64,000 nucleotides of DNA from Neodothiora populina (Eukaryota): assembly GCF_041146345.1 (NCBI RefSeq), contig NW_027191407.1:186001-250000 (forward strand), in the 5' to 3' direction. Shown piece after piece: positions 1 through 12,219 of the stretch. Each line of letters starts with the position of its first letter. Within the stretch, counting starts at the first letter, position 1. Made by a program: the position numbers and the translations under genes. A model generated the notes under the pieces. The model had not been told where the DNA came from. It saw only the letters and a list, made by a program, of their open reading frames with translations, and ran no database searches.

Positions 1-659
1 CTTCTCGTCGGCGCCAAGCATGGCAATCGAGGAGTCGGCTTCGGGGGGTAGAATGTCGACTAGGGAGTTGGAGTGACGGTGTAAGGCGACAGAAGATGAG
101 GGCTTGAGCAATTCGCGATCGAGGGTCGAGAGAATGCGGACGACATAGTTGGAACCTGTCGAGGATTGCACGATACCAGTGCTGCACAGCCGTCAGTCGG
201 GCTCTCTGCTGCCTTAGTCACCGAGAAATGTATCTTACTTTTGGTCGATGGCTTCCATGAATTGGCCTATGACGAGAGGCACACTCTGTATCCGCTTGAT
301 CTCCTCCTGTGCACGGACGAGCTCCCTCTTCAGACTCCTGTTGAGTTGTCAGTATTGAATGTGTGCGGTGACAGTAGAGAATAGTGTGGACGAACCTCTG
401 CTCATCCTTGATGTATTCCTCTTGAAGCTTGATATATCTGCACGGAGTCAGCAAAGAGTGGCAGTGACAGCCACAGCCAAGGGCAGACGCAAAGACAAAC
501 GCACTCTAGCTGTCTCTGGAGCTTCTTGAATGTGGTGTAGTGATCGCCAGAAGCAGTGCCAAAGCCCTCGAGTGATTCGAGATTAGGCATGGTTGATGCG
601 AGCTGTTTCTTGTGCGGCGGCACTGTGTTCAGCGGACTTTCGGTTGCGACATCAGCCAT
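1..659 (-). CDS. RPT3: 26S proteasome AAA-ATPase subunit 6B; 5' part, gene runs off the window start
   Basis: Spliced reading gives MADVATE...[58 protein letters not shown]/..[36 protein letters not shown] introns at about 504-438, 395-338 and 238-182. Confidence 0.95.
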
Positions 660-1119
660 GTCGAAGTTTGGTTTTCCGTGTCTTTGTGTCTAGTAGCCGA
701 GTGTTTCGTTTTGTAGCCAGAAAGCAAGACGTTTGATGTCTGATGGCTCAGTGATGGATGTTGTGATGGTGGAGTGAATAGGTGGTGGTTGACGACTTGA
801 TGGCGAATGCAGCAGGTGCCAGGTGCCAGGTGCCTCTCACAGACAGCAACTGCAGCTGCAGGCAGTCGCGCGTCAATGTCACTACGTACTTGTGGCTTCC
901 ACATCCATGGAGAAACGCCGGATCTTCTCTCATTGTCTTGGCAGCCGCCTCGGAATTGCATCGCAGAGACATTCATCATGGGCATATAATATTATTGTAA
1001 AGACACCCATCACCACCTTCTATCGCCCAGCAGGATTGCCCGAAATAGCCACTACATACCGCGAGCCGTAACACTTCAATCTGCAAAAGCATACCTGCGG
1101 CAATTGCCAGACCGTCAAA

Positions 1120-1536
1120 ATGTTCAGCCTTGCCAGCCGCGCGCTCTTCCGAGCAACCTCCTCCATCTGCACACGCTCAGTTCAAACAACGCAATTCAGC
1201 ACAAGGGCCTCTCTCATCAGCACGACATCACTTCTGGCTCTCGCACGGCCGATACCTACACAGATCATCCCATGGGCGACGCAACAAAGAGGCATGAAGG
1301 TGCGAAGCTCGGTCAAGAAGCTATGTGATGGCTGCAAGGTAAGACTACCCGTCATGACCAATATTGGTTTCTAGCGAGAGCATCATGGCTGAGTTGAGAT
1401 GTAGAGTGTACGAAGGAAGGGTGGCAGATATGTCTACATCATCTGCAGCAAGAACCCCAAGCACAAGCAGAGGTAAGCGCGAATCGTGAAATCAGAAGTG
1501 TATGTCAAGATACTGACAAACCTCAGGCAAGGATAA
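1120..1536 (+). CDS. RTC6: mitochondrial ribosomal protein L36 (bL36m), 3 exons
   Basis: Presequence-like N-terminus, then MKVRSSVKKLCDGCK/SVRRKGGRYVYIICSKNPKHKQR/QG*. Introns 1339-1404 and 1473-1526. Confidence 0.92.
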
Positions 1537-1663
1537 GGGACGGTAGACCATCAATTTTTGTATTATACTCATACCCAGCATATTCCAGCGTCAGGTTGAT
1601 TAGGCTTCCAACAAACTACTTGTACCAAAAAAAATTCCAACAGCTCGCCATGTGCGTGTCTTG

Positions 1664-2422
1664 CTACAAATCTGGATCGATGTGCATCTTGAACTTCTTG
1701 TTGGCGCGATCCGGCGCTCTCATCTCGAATTGACTGCCATGTAATTCGAAGACCAGTGGCTTTGACCTCATTTCATCTGTCTCATTCCCTGCCGCTCCGC
1801 TCTTGTTTTGTAATGGCAGCTCGAAGCGGAACACAGTGTGCTCCTTGGGCACTCTTTTGACTTCATTCTTTGCAGTGATGATCTCGAACGTGAATTTCGT
1901 ATCCTTGAGCACGATGCCCTTGATACCAACTCTGCCCACACACCTACTGCGCACGACTTCCACCAGCGCACCATGAAAGTCGGCACTTGCCAGCATTGGT
2001 CCAGCACTCGAAGGAACAACATAAGCAGTCGTTTTCACATCGCCCGTTCCACCTCTGTTCGCCGCTCCTTCGAGCCCCAGAATCTTGCGAATGTAGGCGC
2101 ACCACATGGCGTGCATAGGCTCGTAGGTGGCATATTTCCTCTGCTCCCTGGGGATGTCGTAGATTTGCAGCTTGCGCTTCTGGGCAGCAGACAATGGTTT
2201 GGGCTTCTTGGAGCGGCGCAGAGATGCGGCCTTTTCTTGTCGTACTGTGCGCCGCTGGTCGCGCGCTGTGGACTTGGGATCCGGTGACGAAGGTCGGAGC
2301 AGAAGAGGTTGCTTTGTCACTTTGTCGCGGAAGATCTGTGCCGTGGTTGTGGGAGAATGCGCGCGCGATAAGAGTGACGAGACGGGGTGTTCCCTCGAGG
2401 GTCGGGGTGTTGATGTCGCCAT
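1664..2422 (-). CDS. POP4: RNase P/MRP subunit p29
   Basis: 252-aa ORF with YEPMHAMWCAYI and LASADFHGALVEVVRSRCVGRVGIKGIVLKDTKFTFEII...VPKEHTVFRF. Confidence 0.93.
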   Translation of the reverse strand: MATSTPRPSREHPVSSLLSRAHSPTTTAQIFRDKVTKQPLLLRPSSPDPKSTARDQRRTVRQEKAASLRRSKKPKPLSAAQKRKLQIYDIPREQRKYATYEPMHAMWCAYIRKILGLEGAANRGGTGDVKTTAYVVPSSAGPMLASADFHGALVEVVRSRCVGRVGIKGIVLKDTKFTFEIITAKNEVKRVPKEHTVFRFELPLQNKSGAAGNETDEMRSKPLVFELHGSQFEMRAPDRANKKFKMHIDPDL

Positions 2423-2989
2423 GGCTGCGATTGCTGTGCTTCAATATGTCCCGGATGCCACGATCGCGTCTGGTCACATGGCTACTTTATGCGTGTGTCC
2501 TTGTTGTGTGGAATTATACCACTTCCAGAATACGGAATTACGGATGCGTCGCGCTAATCGTCATGTTTCAGTGTAGGAACAACAGCTTGGAAGTTCCAAA
2601 GATTCAGGTGCTGCCCTATGCGAAAAGTAGGTAATTATCACCGAAGCAATATTGTACAACCATCGGCCCGTCGCTCATTCCGCACTCGATCGAGGCTTAG
2701 TTAGTGTCGCTTGGCGTGCTCTCGTCTATATAAGGTAAGGTAGGTAATTAATGTAAAGTCCAGATGTAAATGTGATCGTCAACCATACAGCCATGAAGCA
2801 TCTGATTAGATGACCACTGAATTGGTGTTTCATGCTGCCTGCCTATGGTCAATCTGCTAATTAGTGGTCACCACTAAGTCTGGTTGTGAATGACAAAGCT
2901 AATGCATCGGGTTCTCTCGAATCGTCTCTCCACTAATGACCTTTTGACAACATCATCAATCTTCCTCATTGAATCGATAGTAAGAAGAG

Positions 2990-4489
2990 ATGGCGAGTTT
3001 GATCGCAAGCAGCCAGAAGCTGCCGTCTTCTTCTCGTAAGTCGCGAAGTATCATGCTACTATAGGCCAGGGTCTGATATGCGACCAGATCGTCTTCCTAC
3101 CGTATCTGCAGCCGAAGCACTACACAATCTCAAGACTCAGGACACTAGATCAGTATCATCTGGACTTGACCGATTGGACTGCCTTTTGGGCGCCCAGGAC
3201 TACAATGTGTCCAACGGTCAGAGTCTCCAAGGGGGGTTTGAGCGTGGCAAAGTCTCCGAGATCTGGGGCCCTCCTGGGTCAGGCAAATCTACTGTAGCGT
3301 AAGTGTATACATTTATCACGTGGAACTAAGACACGTACAATGACTATTGGCTTACGGTTAATTTCAAATAGTATGCAAGTTGCCGTCGAAGCTCTGGAGA
3401 CAGACAATACTGTAGTCTGGGTAGGTGGGTCAGACCTCCAAGGCACAGATGGGATCAACGATGAGCTAACATCATACAGATGCAACCGACACCTTGGTAA
3501 AACCTCGCTTGGAAGCAATGCTCGAAAGCCCGGATGCAGAAGACAGTTCGGACACTCAGCTCAAGCGGGTTGTGTCCATATTTGCACCTACGCTTGCGCA
3601 TCTTCTCGGCCTCGTTGTACATGCACCAGCTTCGTTCCCGCCTGCAAATACAGCCTTGCTCGTGATTGATGGACTGCACTCGCTATTCGACGTTGCATAC
3701 CCTCGTCACAAATCCAATGTCTACTCTAGCAAAAGCGACGCAGCAAAGTGGGCGACTAATCGCAAATACGCTACTATGGGTACCCTGATGACCGCCTTGA
3801 GGAAGCTGGCCGTGCTCAATGACATGGTGGTCTTGATCACAACCGGCTGTGCTACCAGAATGCGCGCCGGAACATCTCTAGGTGCTGTCATCGTGCCTGG
3901 AGTCAGCAGTGCAGACTGGGAAAGCGGTGTGGCGAACAGGCTCGTGTTGTTTCGCGATATCGATTCATCCAAAGACAGACTATCGCTCGATCCCACAAAC
4001 CAGAAAGCAGGATGCGCAAGGTTTATCGGGCTGCAGAAGGTCAATGGAGTAGCATGTGGAGAAGACGGAAACATGAGTCACCTCATCCCGTTCGCCATAA
4101 ACGAAGGCGGACTGGCCGCTGTGAACGAACCACCGACTCTACTCGACAGGGCGCAGGCATCACTTATCATTTCCTCCCCAAGCAAGACCCGCAAAAAGAG
4201 ACGCCACGACGCGATCGCGGACTCAGATGCAGACTCGAATGCGGGGAGTGAATATGGCTGGCTCGAGGACGACGCAGATGGTCTGCTGGATGCAGCTGCA
4301 CTGAACGAAGCACATGCAGATGAGGTCACGGAGATTGTTGCTCCCGTAAGTCGTCCCATTTTCTCTCATTCATTACCACAGAATATAAATACTGACAACG
4401 CGCAGAAGAGGCAGCACTTGACACAAGACTACAACCCCGGGCCCAGGCAGGAGGAGCAGACACATGGTGCCGACGTTCCTGCCGATTGA
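2990..4489 (+). CDS. RAD55: RecA/Rad51-paralog DNA repair protein (Rad55/Rhp55-like), multi-exon
   Basis: ATG 2990, first intron 3036-3088. HRLPTVSAAEAL, SSGLDRLD, Walker A EIWGPPGSGKS, Walker B LLVIDG, acidic tail IADSDADS..EYGW. Confidence 0.8.
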
Positions 4490-5493
4490 AAGACCTAACG
4501 GCAGAGCTCTTTTTCACTTGCCGTCTGTAAAGACGAGAGACGATCCCCAGGTCCATGACTACCACGGAAAAGCGCACGCGCTAAGTCACATCTAGACTTA
4601 CAAGCATGCTGCCTCACGAACAAGCAAGACCCAACAGCATAGACTTCGCGGAACAACCTATCGAAAATGCTAGTCAGGTATGCCGTCTCATCATCGACCC
4701 TACCCGCAAGACTCGTGTGTATCGGTGTTGTGGGGGGCCCAGGAATATATCGAGTACCTGCGCATCCAACCATCCCCCCCCCCCCACGACATGGCATGCT
4801 GTACACAATCCGCCCTCAGATATCCATAAAGCCAGACTATTGCATGCAGATGAAAGAAAAAGCATAATCTGGTGTTCACAAAAGCAGCAGTAGCAGCAGC
4901 AGCAGCGCTCTACGAAAGAGTGTGAACTTTTGGATATACAATATACAGAAGAAAGTTGTGTCCCATGGACAGACAGATGGGAACTGCATCAGCGCTAGGT
5001 TATGACCAAGTCCAGCAATTTGAGAGACACAGAAAGACACGCGGAGTGCCCATAACGGCGCCATGCGCTTATGGATGATCAAGGTATAAAAGGAGCGTGA
5101 ATTAGGAGGTATTCCTTCCATGGGTGGTGTCGTATTCATCAACGAAAGGAGAAATTTTGCAGAATGCCGGGTAGAGAACGGGCGATAGACAGAAGAATGG
5201 AGGAAACTGACAACAAGCAAAGAAGTGAATGGTATCTATCTGATTTGGTATAAAGTCGTGTGTAGAAAGGAAAAAGAAAAAAAAAAGACTCTGCCCGCTT
5301 TCCCTTCCTTCCCCTTACCTGTACTGTCCTCAGGGAAGAATGAGCATGGAATTGGAAAACATAGAGCAGGTCTCGGCTCTATGCATGCGGGAGACAGACG
5401 ATCTCGGTAGCTAATCGTACAAGTAAAACATAAGTGACCGGTCTGGTCGATTGATCATGCGGTAGAGATAGGCTAATTGCGTGTGTGACGAAA

Positions 5494-5524
5494 TCACTGC
5501 TGTTGTCCCAAACCCTGATCCACA

Positions 5525-5559
<35 letters not shown>

Positions 5560-7625
5560 AGTAGGCGCAACAGCAGCAGCAGCATAATACCTCTCCTTGT
5601 TGCCCCTGACGAACGCCAGCAGTCTCAGCGCGCCATGCGGCGTGACGCCCTCGATGCGTCTCGCCTGCCCGATACTCTCGGGCCGCGTGGCAGCCAGCGC
5701 CTTCTTCTCCTCGAAGCTCAACCCATGAATGCCCTCGTAATCGAGATCCGCAGGCAGCAGCAACAGCTCGTCTTTGAGGAACGTCTTTTGCGCCGCCGTT
5801 TGTTGCGTTATGTAGGGCGCGTAAGTGCCTTCGATGTCGATTCTTGACAGTATCGAGGGGGGCAGGGAGGAGAGTTCGGGGATGATGGGGAGCAGAGACG
5901 CGGTCGTCGTGTTGGAGAGACGGAGGAGGTCGAATGCGCTGCGCCTGACCGAGTCGGAGCGCACGCCGAAGCCGTGCGCTGACCAGCCTGTTGACGACAG
6001 CTTTTTGTCTTCTAGTAGGGATATGGCGCTGTCGATTTGTGATTTCGTGTCGCTGAAGGCACGCCAGCGCTTGTCACTCACGGCGCCGTGGGCGCGGCCC
6101 AGAGCTGTCAGGCGGAGGTCGGCGTTGTCGGCTCGTGCGGACATGCGGTATTCGCTTCGCGAGGTGAACATGCGGTACGGTTCGCTGACGCCTTTGGTGA
6201 TGAGGTCGTCGATCATGATGCCGATGTAAGCGTCTGAGCGCTGGATGACCATCTGCGGTTTGCCGAGCGATGAGTTGCCGGCGTTAATTCCGGCGACGAT
6301 GCCTTGTGCTGCTGCTTCTTCGTAGCCGGTCGTGCCGTTGATTTGACCTGCGAGGAACAAACCGCCTATGGCTTTCGTTTCGAGGGTGGAGCGCAGAGAG
6401 CGTGGGTCTACGTAGTCGTATTCCACGCCGTAACCGGGCTGCAGCATCTTTACGTTCTCGAGCCCGACGATGGTCTTGAGCATCTCTTCCTGTGCTGAGG
6501 CTGGCACGGTCATGGAGATTCCGTTCGGGTACACGACGTCTGTGTCGAAGCCTTCGGGCTCTAGCCAGATGAGATGGTGGTTCTTTGTGGTGAAACGGAT
6601 CACTTTTGATTCCAGAGACGGACAATAGCGCGGTCCTTTTACGGTCTCGCGGATGTGGATGCTTTTGTCAAGGTTCGCTCGGATGATGTCGTGGGTCTTT
6701 GGGTTTGTGTGAGTGGAGTAGCAGTTGAGTTGGTTCTCGACAGTCACTCTATCGTTGAGATACGAAAAAGGGATTGGGGGATCGTCTCCGGGTTGCACCT
6801 GTAGAGGGGCATAGTTGATGGTTTTGCTGCTGAGGCGCGGAGGGGTGCCGGTCTTGAGTCTTCCTAGGGTGAAGCCAGCTTCCCGTAGCGAATTCGACAG
6901 ACCAAAGGTGGCGGCCTCTCCCATGCGTCCAGAAGGGTAGACGTCCATGCCAATGTGGATCTCACCACCGAGAAAGGTTCCAGTAGTGATGACTGCATTG
7001 TTTGTCGGAATGATCTGTCCGCTTTCCAGTCGTACACCTGTGATTTTGCCATGCTTGCCATCGACAACGCCTTCTCTTTCAACCACGATATCTGCCACTT
7101 TGCCCTCCAGCACACTCAATCCCTTGTAATTCGTCAACTCTTCCTTCATGTGCCTCTTGTACAGACTGCGATCAATCTGCGCCCTCGGACCCCAGACGGC
7201 GGGGCCCTTTTTCTTGTTCAAGACGCGGAACTGAAGACCAGCCTTGTCGACGATTCTGCCAACAACACCGTCCAGAGCATCAATCTCGCGCAGCATGGTG
7301 CCCTTGCCGATGCCTCCAAACGAGGGGTTACATGAACAAACGCCGAGGTTCTCGACAGAAGGTGTGACAAGAGCAGTGCGAGCACCGGTACGGGCAGCAG
7401 CGGCCGATGCTTCACAGCCGGCATGGCCACCGCCGATGACAACGACATCGTAAGGTCTGGTTTCTTGTCAGCAGCGCTTCAATATTGAACACACGAAAAG
7501 GATATTTACTGGGTAGAAGAGTTGGAAACGGTGGCGAAGGTGCGGCGCACAAGAGCAGCCGACCGCACTCGAGGGGCATGGCCCCAGAGCATCCGGGCTC
7601 TAGAGGAAACGGCAAAGGCGACCAT
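5494..7625 (-). CDS. MTO1: mitochondrial tRNA wobble-uridine modification enzyme (GidA/MnmG family)
   Basis: Presequence exon 7625-7510, intron 7509-7457. [18 protein letters not shown] motif, [46 protein letters not shown]. Confidence 0.96.
5525..5584. repeat. (GCCGAC)~6 plus a short (CAG)n microsatellite in the MTO1 3' coding end (SASASA and poly-Ala)
   Basis: Directly visible tandem repeats. Confidence 0.9.
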
Positions 7626-8021
7626 GGTGTTGATGACACAGTTCAACACCAACGCGATGCTGCATACAACATGCAGGTACAAAGCAGTAACTTGATAATT
7701 ATAAATTATTTGGACGGGGACCATCATCGGAGCTGTCTTGGCAGGGTACCTGCTTACTTGCGTCTTATCTCCGCTGGATAAATCAATCTTCGGGCTTTAG
7801 ATTATTGTTAGTTCCATGTTGACGGTGTGGTTTCATGTTCGGACACTCTTTGTTGTACAACGAGCTTATCACTTCGTTGGCTAAGGCAGTGTTTCAATCG
7901 ACTCTGTTCCCTTAGTTGATCACAAGTCTGATCATGATTATGCTATGATACTGTACATGCTATCTACACAGATCTATTGTCATGTCCGCTCCATTTTGTT
8001 TTTATATGGCTCTATCTTGCA

Positions 8022-9929
8022 TTATCTGTTCTTCTTGTTCTCCACGTCCCTAGATAGGTCCGCCTTCCTGATCCGCGAATCCTGTGCACCTACTAGGACG
8101 TGTTCAGCAGTCAGGGCGCACACCCCACCAAGTCCGAGTAGGACAACAATGATATCCAGCACATGTACAGCCCACCATATGTGCTGCACACCAAGTACGC
8201 AGGTAGAATACTCGAATTTCCACTCGTGGCTGGACTGATCATACCACGCGGAAAGGAGACCTGCGGTCCCGCCGTAGGCTCCCATCATGCTGCGAACTGT
8301 AATCTCTCTCAGGCTGGAGGCATCCTCGGGAGTGTTGATGCCGTCAATCTCCTCCGCTTCGTCAATCTCTTCCGCTTCGTTTGCGGGCACCTCGGCGTCA
8401 TGAGTCGGGGATGACTCGAATGAGACATGTTCATGAGCGTATCGTGCTGCGTGCCACCTTGGGTCCTTTCCACCCTCGTTTTCTTGACCGGATTCAGAAA
8501 CAGAGTTGTGCGATAGCCGATGCAAAGTGTCGCATCCCTCATGATCGTGGCCGTTCAGAATGATACCACAACCAACAGTCGTTCCCCCGGCGGCATTGCC
8601 GAAATCATCGGACTGACTTTCTTCGCCGAAGAGTCCGTTAAGAATCATTTGGCTTGTTTCCTCGCTCAGATGATTCTGTTCCTTTATTCCTCCGCCATGG
8701 GAAGGAGGGAAGTAGGAGAAGTATGGAGCATCCACGCATATGCCAGCCGGCTTGTGCAATGGAATATGTGTGAGTACCACGGCAGCGTGTTCAGAGGGAA
8801 GGGAGGAAGAGGCCTGAGATTGTCGACGTGACGAAATGGCAGAGGCTAGGAAGTCCTGTGAAGCGGCATGCGCGTTGGCATCCCAGGTCGGAACATCCAG
8901 ATTCATGCTGTTCAGAATCACTAGGGACAGCGAGGGTGGTGAGATAGATGCATCACTGTCAGTGCTATCGCTACTGCCATTAGTGGCGTTGTCCGTGGGA
9001 AGAGTGAATGTGATTTCCCAGTTGACGCGTCCGAAGCGTCTTTCAAACCGAGCGAGTCGTTCAGTATTGATATCGCCCGAGTAGCCGATGTCATGATTCC
9101 CGGCAACGGCGATGAGTCGGTTTTCCCATGCCTTCCACTCGTCGCTACCAACAACCTCTTTTCGTACCACCGGCGTTGTCTCATGCGCCGCGTTATCCTG
9201 TTCATTTTCCGAGCTTCCGACGCTGGTCTCGTCCAAGGTTGCGACATCTTGTGCAGACCCCATGAACTCCTCCTCCACTTTTTCGACTCCTTGGAACACC
9301 GTGCCCCAGAATCTTTCCGTTCGCCTCTCAAACTCCTCGTCCTTGATCCACTGGCTTCCGAGTAGATCTCCGAGCACAACTACATGCGTCGGCTGTGTCC
9401 ACCACCTTACTAGCCAGAAGATATGCGCAAGATATCGATCGTTGCCCCACAAATCTAGCTTTTTTCTATAGGTGTAGATTGTGCGCGGTAGATCGCGCAC
9501 GAAGAGTTCGCGAAGTCCATCACGAACAACGAAAGGCAAGAGCGTAAGGTCCTGAGACGTCCGCAGACGGTGCAAAAGGTTCGTACACGAAGGGAACGAA
9601 GGCTCGCCTGGTAAGGGGAGAGAAGTGTCTCCTTCGAGTTGTGGATCCCCAAGCGCCAGTAGGCGGAAGGGAGCCTTTTCGCCTGCTCTCCGGCCGAACA
9701 AAGCAGGGCCTATTTCGTCACTCAAGCCTCGAGCGGCTTGCGTGACACCAGAATTCCCATCCAGGGCACACTGCGCGGCTGATGTTTCTGCGTTCTCGTC
9801 AAGGCGAGGCGCAACAGAGGGAAAGCTGCACAGCTGTACAGCAGGATAAAAATACAGCAGTAGCGTCGCGATGATAGCGGGTGGCAACAAGAAGCGGAAG
9901 AGCGCGAGGAGAATTGTCGAGGCGCGCAT
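8022..9929 (-). CDS. TED1: calcineurin-like metallophosphoesterase, Ted1/PGAP5-type GPI-remodelling enzyme
   Basis: N- and C-terminal TM helices. Motifs LGDPQL, LGDLLGSQW, AGNHDIGY, LTHIPL, LNGHDHEGC, REITVRSMMG. Likely ATG at 9929. Confidence 0.85.
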   Translation of the reverse strand: MRASTILLALFRFLLPPAIIATLLLYFYPAVQLCSFPSVAPRLDENAETSAAQCALDGNSGVTQAARGLSDEIGPALFGRRAGEKAPFRLLALGDPQLEGDTSLPLPGEPSFPSCTNLLHRLRTSQDLTLLPFVVRDGLRELFVRDLPRTIYTYRKKLDLWGNDRYLAHIFWLVRWWTQPTHVVVLGDLLGSQWIKDEEFERRTERFWGTVFQGVEKVEEEFMGSAQDVATLDETSVGSSENEQDNAAHETTPVVRKEVVGSDEWKAWENRLIAVAGNHDIGYSGDINTERLARFERRFGRVNWEITFTLPTDNATNGSSDSTDSDASISPPSLSLVILNSMNLDVPTWDANAHAASQDFLASAISSRRQSQASSSLPSEHAAVVLTHIPLHKPAGICVDAPYFSYFPPSHGGGIKEQNHLSEETSQMILNGLFGEESQSDDFGNAAGGTTVGCGIILNGHDHEGCDTLHRLSHNSVSESGQENEGGKDPRWHAARYAHEHVSFESSPTHDAEVPANEAEEIDEAEEIDGINTPEDASSLREITVRSMMGAYGGTAGLLSAWYDQSSHEWKFEYSTCVLGVQHIWWAVHVLDIIVVLLGLGGVCALTAEHVLVGAQDSRIRKADLSRDVENKKNR

Positions 9930-10267
9930 CGATGTGCTTCTGCACTTGGACCTTGTCGAAAGTGTAGTATATGAATCTAAATAAAAGGGTCCGGTATGAA
10001 TTCGCGCGAAGAACAGCACGGAATTAGATGGGCTCTGGAATCAAACAGTGTGAAGATCTCGCTGATACATGGCGCAGTGTCGCGACCGCCATCTACAGCT
10101 ATGTGAAACCACCTGACAGTGGACAGAAGTCCTACCAGACATCTACCTTATACAAGGCTACAACTTGTTACAAAACGGAGATTATCGGAGATGAGACATG
10201 GGCTGGGTTGCCAAGACCATGTGGGATGAGTGTTTGACGTTTGTGGTCTTGGCGTCATCGATGGTGG

Positions 10268-10323
10268 GGTGTCCTGAGGTGTTCTGAGGTGTCCCTGAGG
10301 TGTCATTGAGGTGTACTGGGGTG
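10268..10323. repeat. degenerate 10-11 bp tandem repeat (GGTGTCCTGA-like, ~5 copies) between divergent TED1 and PDX3
   Basis: ggtgtcctga ggtgttctga ggtgtccctga ggtgtcattga ggtgtactgg ggtg. Confidence 0.75.
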
Positions 10324-10521
10324 ATTCAACAAAGTCAAAGACTAAAGAGTCACGAGCTGTGACTCTTGGACAAGAACAAGGCACTAAAAGAAGACAGTAG
10401 AGAGAGAGTGGGGAATAGTCGAGATACAAGTACATATATTCTGCGCCTTCCTTGTCGGTAATCCCTCGATCGTCACTACCAATCGAACCTCGCCGCTACC
10501 TTGTCGCAAATTAATCAGTCT

Positions 10522-11310
10522 ATGACAGCCACCATCCGCCTCCGCCAACTGCTACGCACCATCAACCCACCTCCCTCTCGACGCCATATCACAATCTCAC
10601 CCACCATGGCGTTGTGCAACAGCAACAACTCCTCGAAACGCATCTTTGCGCCAGGCGGCACAAACGACTCCCACCAAGCAGAGCAATACACCAAGGGCTC
10701 CCTAGAAGCCAACCAACTCGACTCGTCACCCTTCAGCCAATTCGACACGTGGTTCAAGCACGCCCAGGAAGAAAACGTCCGTCAACCCGAGACCGTGACC
10801 CTCAGCACCGCCGAGCTGCCCTCTGGCCGCGTGCACGCTCGAGTAGTCTACCTCAAAGAAATGGACGATCGCGGCTGGGTCATCTACAGCAACTGGGACA
10901 CGAGCACAAAGGCCGCCGACGTTCGCTCGAACCCTCATGCTGCTTTGACTTTCTGGTGGCACGAACTCGAGCGTCAGGTCCGTGTCGAGGGTGTTTGCGA
11001 GAGATTGACGTCCGAGGAGTCACAGGTCTACTACGACACGCGGATAAGAGGGAGTCGACTGGGCGCTTGGGCCAGCAGGCAGAGCAGTATGCTCAAGAAC
11101 AGAGAAGAGCTGGAGCGTCAGGTCAGCGAGGTCGAGAAGAAATTTGACGGGCATGACAAGATCCCTGTGCCTGAGTTCTGGGGTGGTCTGAGGATCATTC
11201 CTGAGAGCGTCGAGTTTTGGCAGGGACGTCCTAGCAGACTGCATGATCGGTTCAGGTACACAAAGGACGAGAAGACGGGAGAGTGGAGACTCGACAGGTT
11301 GAGCCCTTGA
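10522..11310 (+). CDS. PDX3: pyridoxine/pyridoxamine 5'-phosphate oxidase
   Basis: PFSQFDTWF, ARVVYLKE, ERQVRVEG, SRLGAWASRQS, VEFWQGRPSRLHDRFRY, terminal RLSP. Confidence 0.96.
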   Translation: MTATIRLRQLLRTINPPPSRRHITISPTMALCNSNNSSKRIFAPGGTNDSHQAEQYTKGSLEANQLDSSPFSQFDTWFKHAQEENVRQPETVTLSTAELPSGRVHARVVYLKEMDDRGWVIYSNWDTSTKAADVRSNPHAALTFWWHELERQVRVEGVCERLTSEESQVYYDTRIRGSRLGAWASRQSSMLKNREELERQVSEVEKKFDGHDKIPVPEFWGGLRIIPESVEFWQGRPSRLHDRFRYTKDEKTGEWRLDRLSP

Positions 11311-11432
11311 TCTGGACAGAGTTTGAGGCAACGAGATAACGAATAAAATGTGAATCAGCTTGTCAAGACTGATCATCGGGTATCATAAAAAAGTGAAATG
11401 GTGCCGTCTTCCCCCTTGATCCGTCTGGACTG

Positions 11433-12219
11433 TTACTTGGCTGCAGCCTTTTGTTTCTTCTTCTTCTTCTTGTTGGCTTTCTCCGCCAGCAATTGATCAA
11501 GATAGGACCCTCCGCGTCGCTTCCCCGGCCTGGCATCTTCCTCTTCAGACGAGTCTGCTCGGGCCGGAGTCGAAGACTTCCCACCATCTTTCCCCGTCTG
11601 CGTCTCCTCCTTATCGTCTGCCCCATCTTTCACATCCGGCTTGACATTCGTCATCTGAGGCTTCTGGCCCGGTCTCTTCCTCTTCGACGCCACCATGCTA
11701 GCTCTCCCCTCCTCCTCATCGTTGTCATCATCAGCACTGGCACCTTTCGTCGCTTGCGCGGTAGTAGACTGGACCTTGGCGAACCGGTTGGGGGTCTTGG
11801 ACGCTATATGCTTGTTCGCGGCTTTTTTCCCCAGCAGCTGCTCGAGGAGTTTCTGATTCGAGGGACCGCGTCGCTTCACGAGCGAGTCCTGGTCGCTGTC
11901 GGGGAGTATAGCGCCCACACCTAATCTTATTCATCACATAAAATATCAGATCACTTTCCCACAAAGTCCAAACGTGTTCTCTATCTTCCGCGATATGAAG
12001 CAAGCAAGGAGGTCTGTCTTACAACTCAGGCGTTGCCTTGAACAACTCCTCGTCTTCCTTGAGGAGCTCCTCGTCCGTCTTGTGTGAGTTTGCTTGTTCT
12101 GCTGCACTCGGCGCTGGCAGCCACGACTGGATCAGAGCCCGACTTCGCGCCAGAGCGACGTTCGCTCGGTTGAATATTATGTCCGCTTCGCTTGGGGGTT
12201 GGGGTTTTTTCGGGGCCAT
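11433..12219 (-). CDS. conserved fungal Lys-rich protein (DUF3245-like), 2 exons
   Basis: NRANVALARSRALIQSWLP...PEL/LGVGA..., C-terminal GSYLDQLLAEKANKKKKKK. Intron about 12022-11926. Confidence 0.7.

Noticed and set aside
813..834. (CAGGTGC)3 as an Rpn4/PACE proteasome element
   Set aside because: It does not match GGTGGCAAA and is only a short tandem repeat.
4770..5330. Poly-C, (CAG)n and A-rich runs between RAD55 and MTO1
   Set aside because: Ordinary simple repeats in convergent 3' regions, with no element structure.
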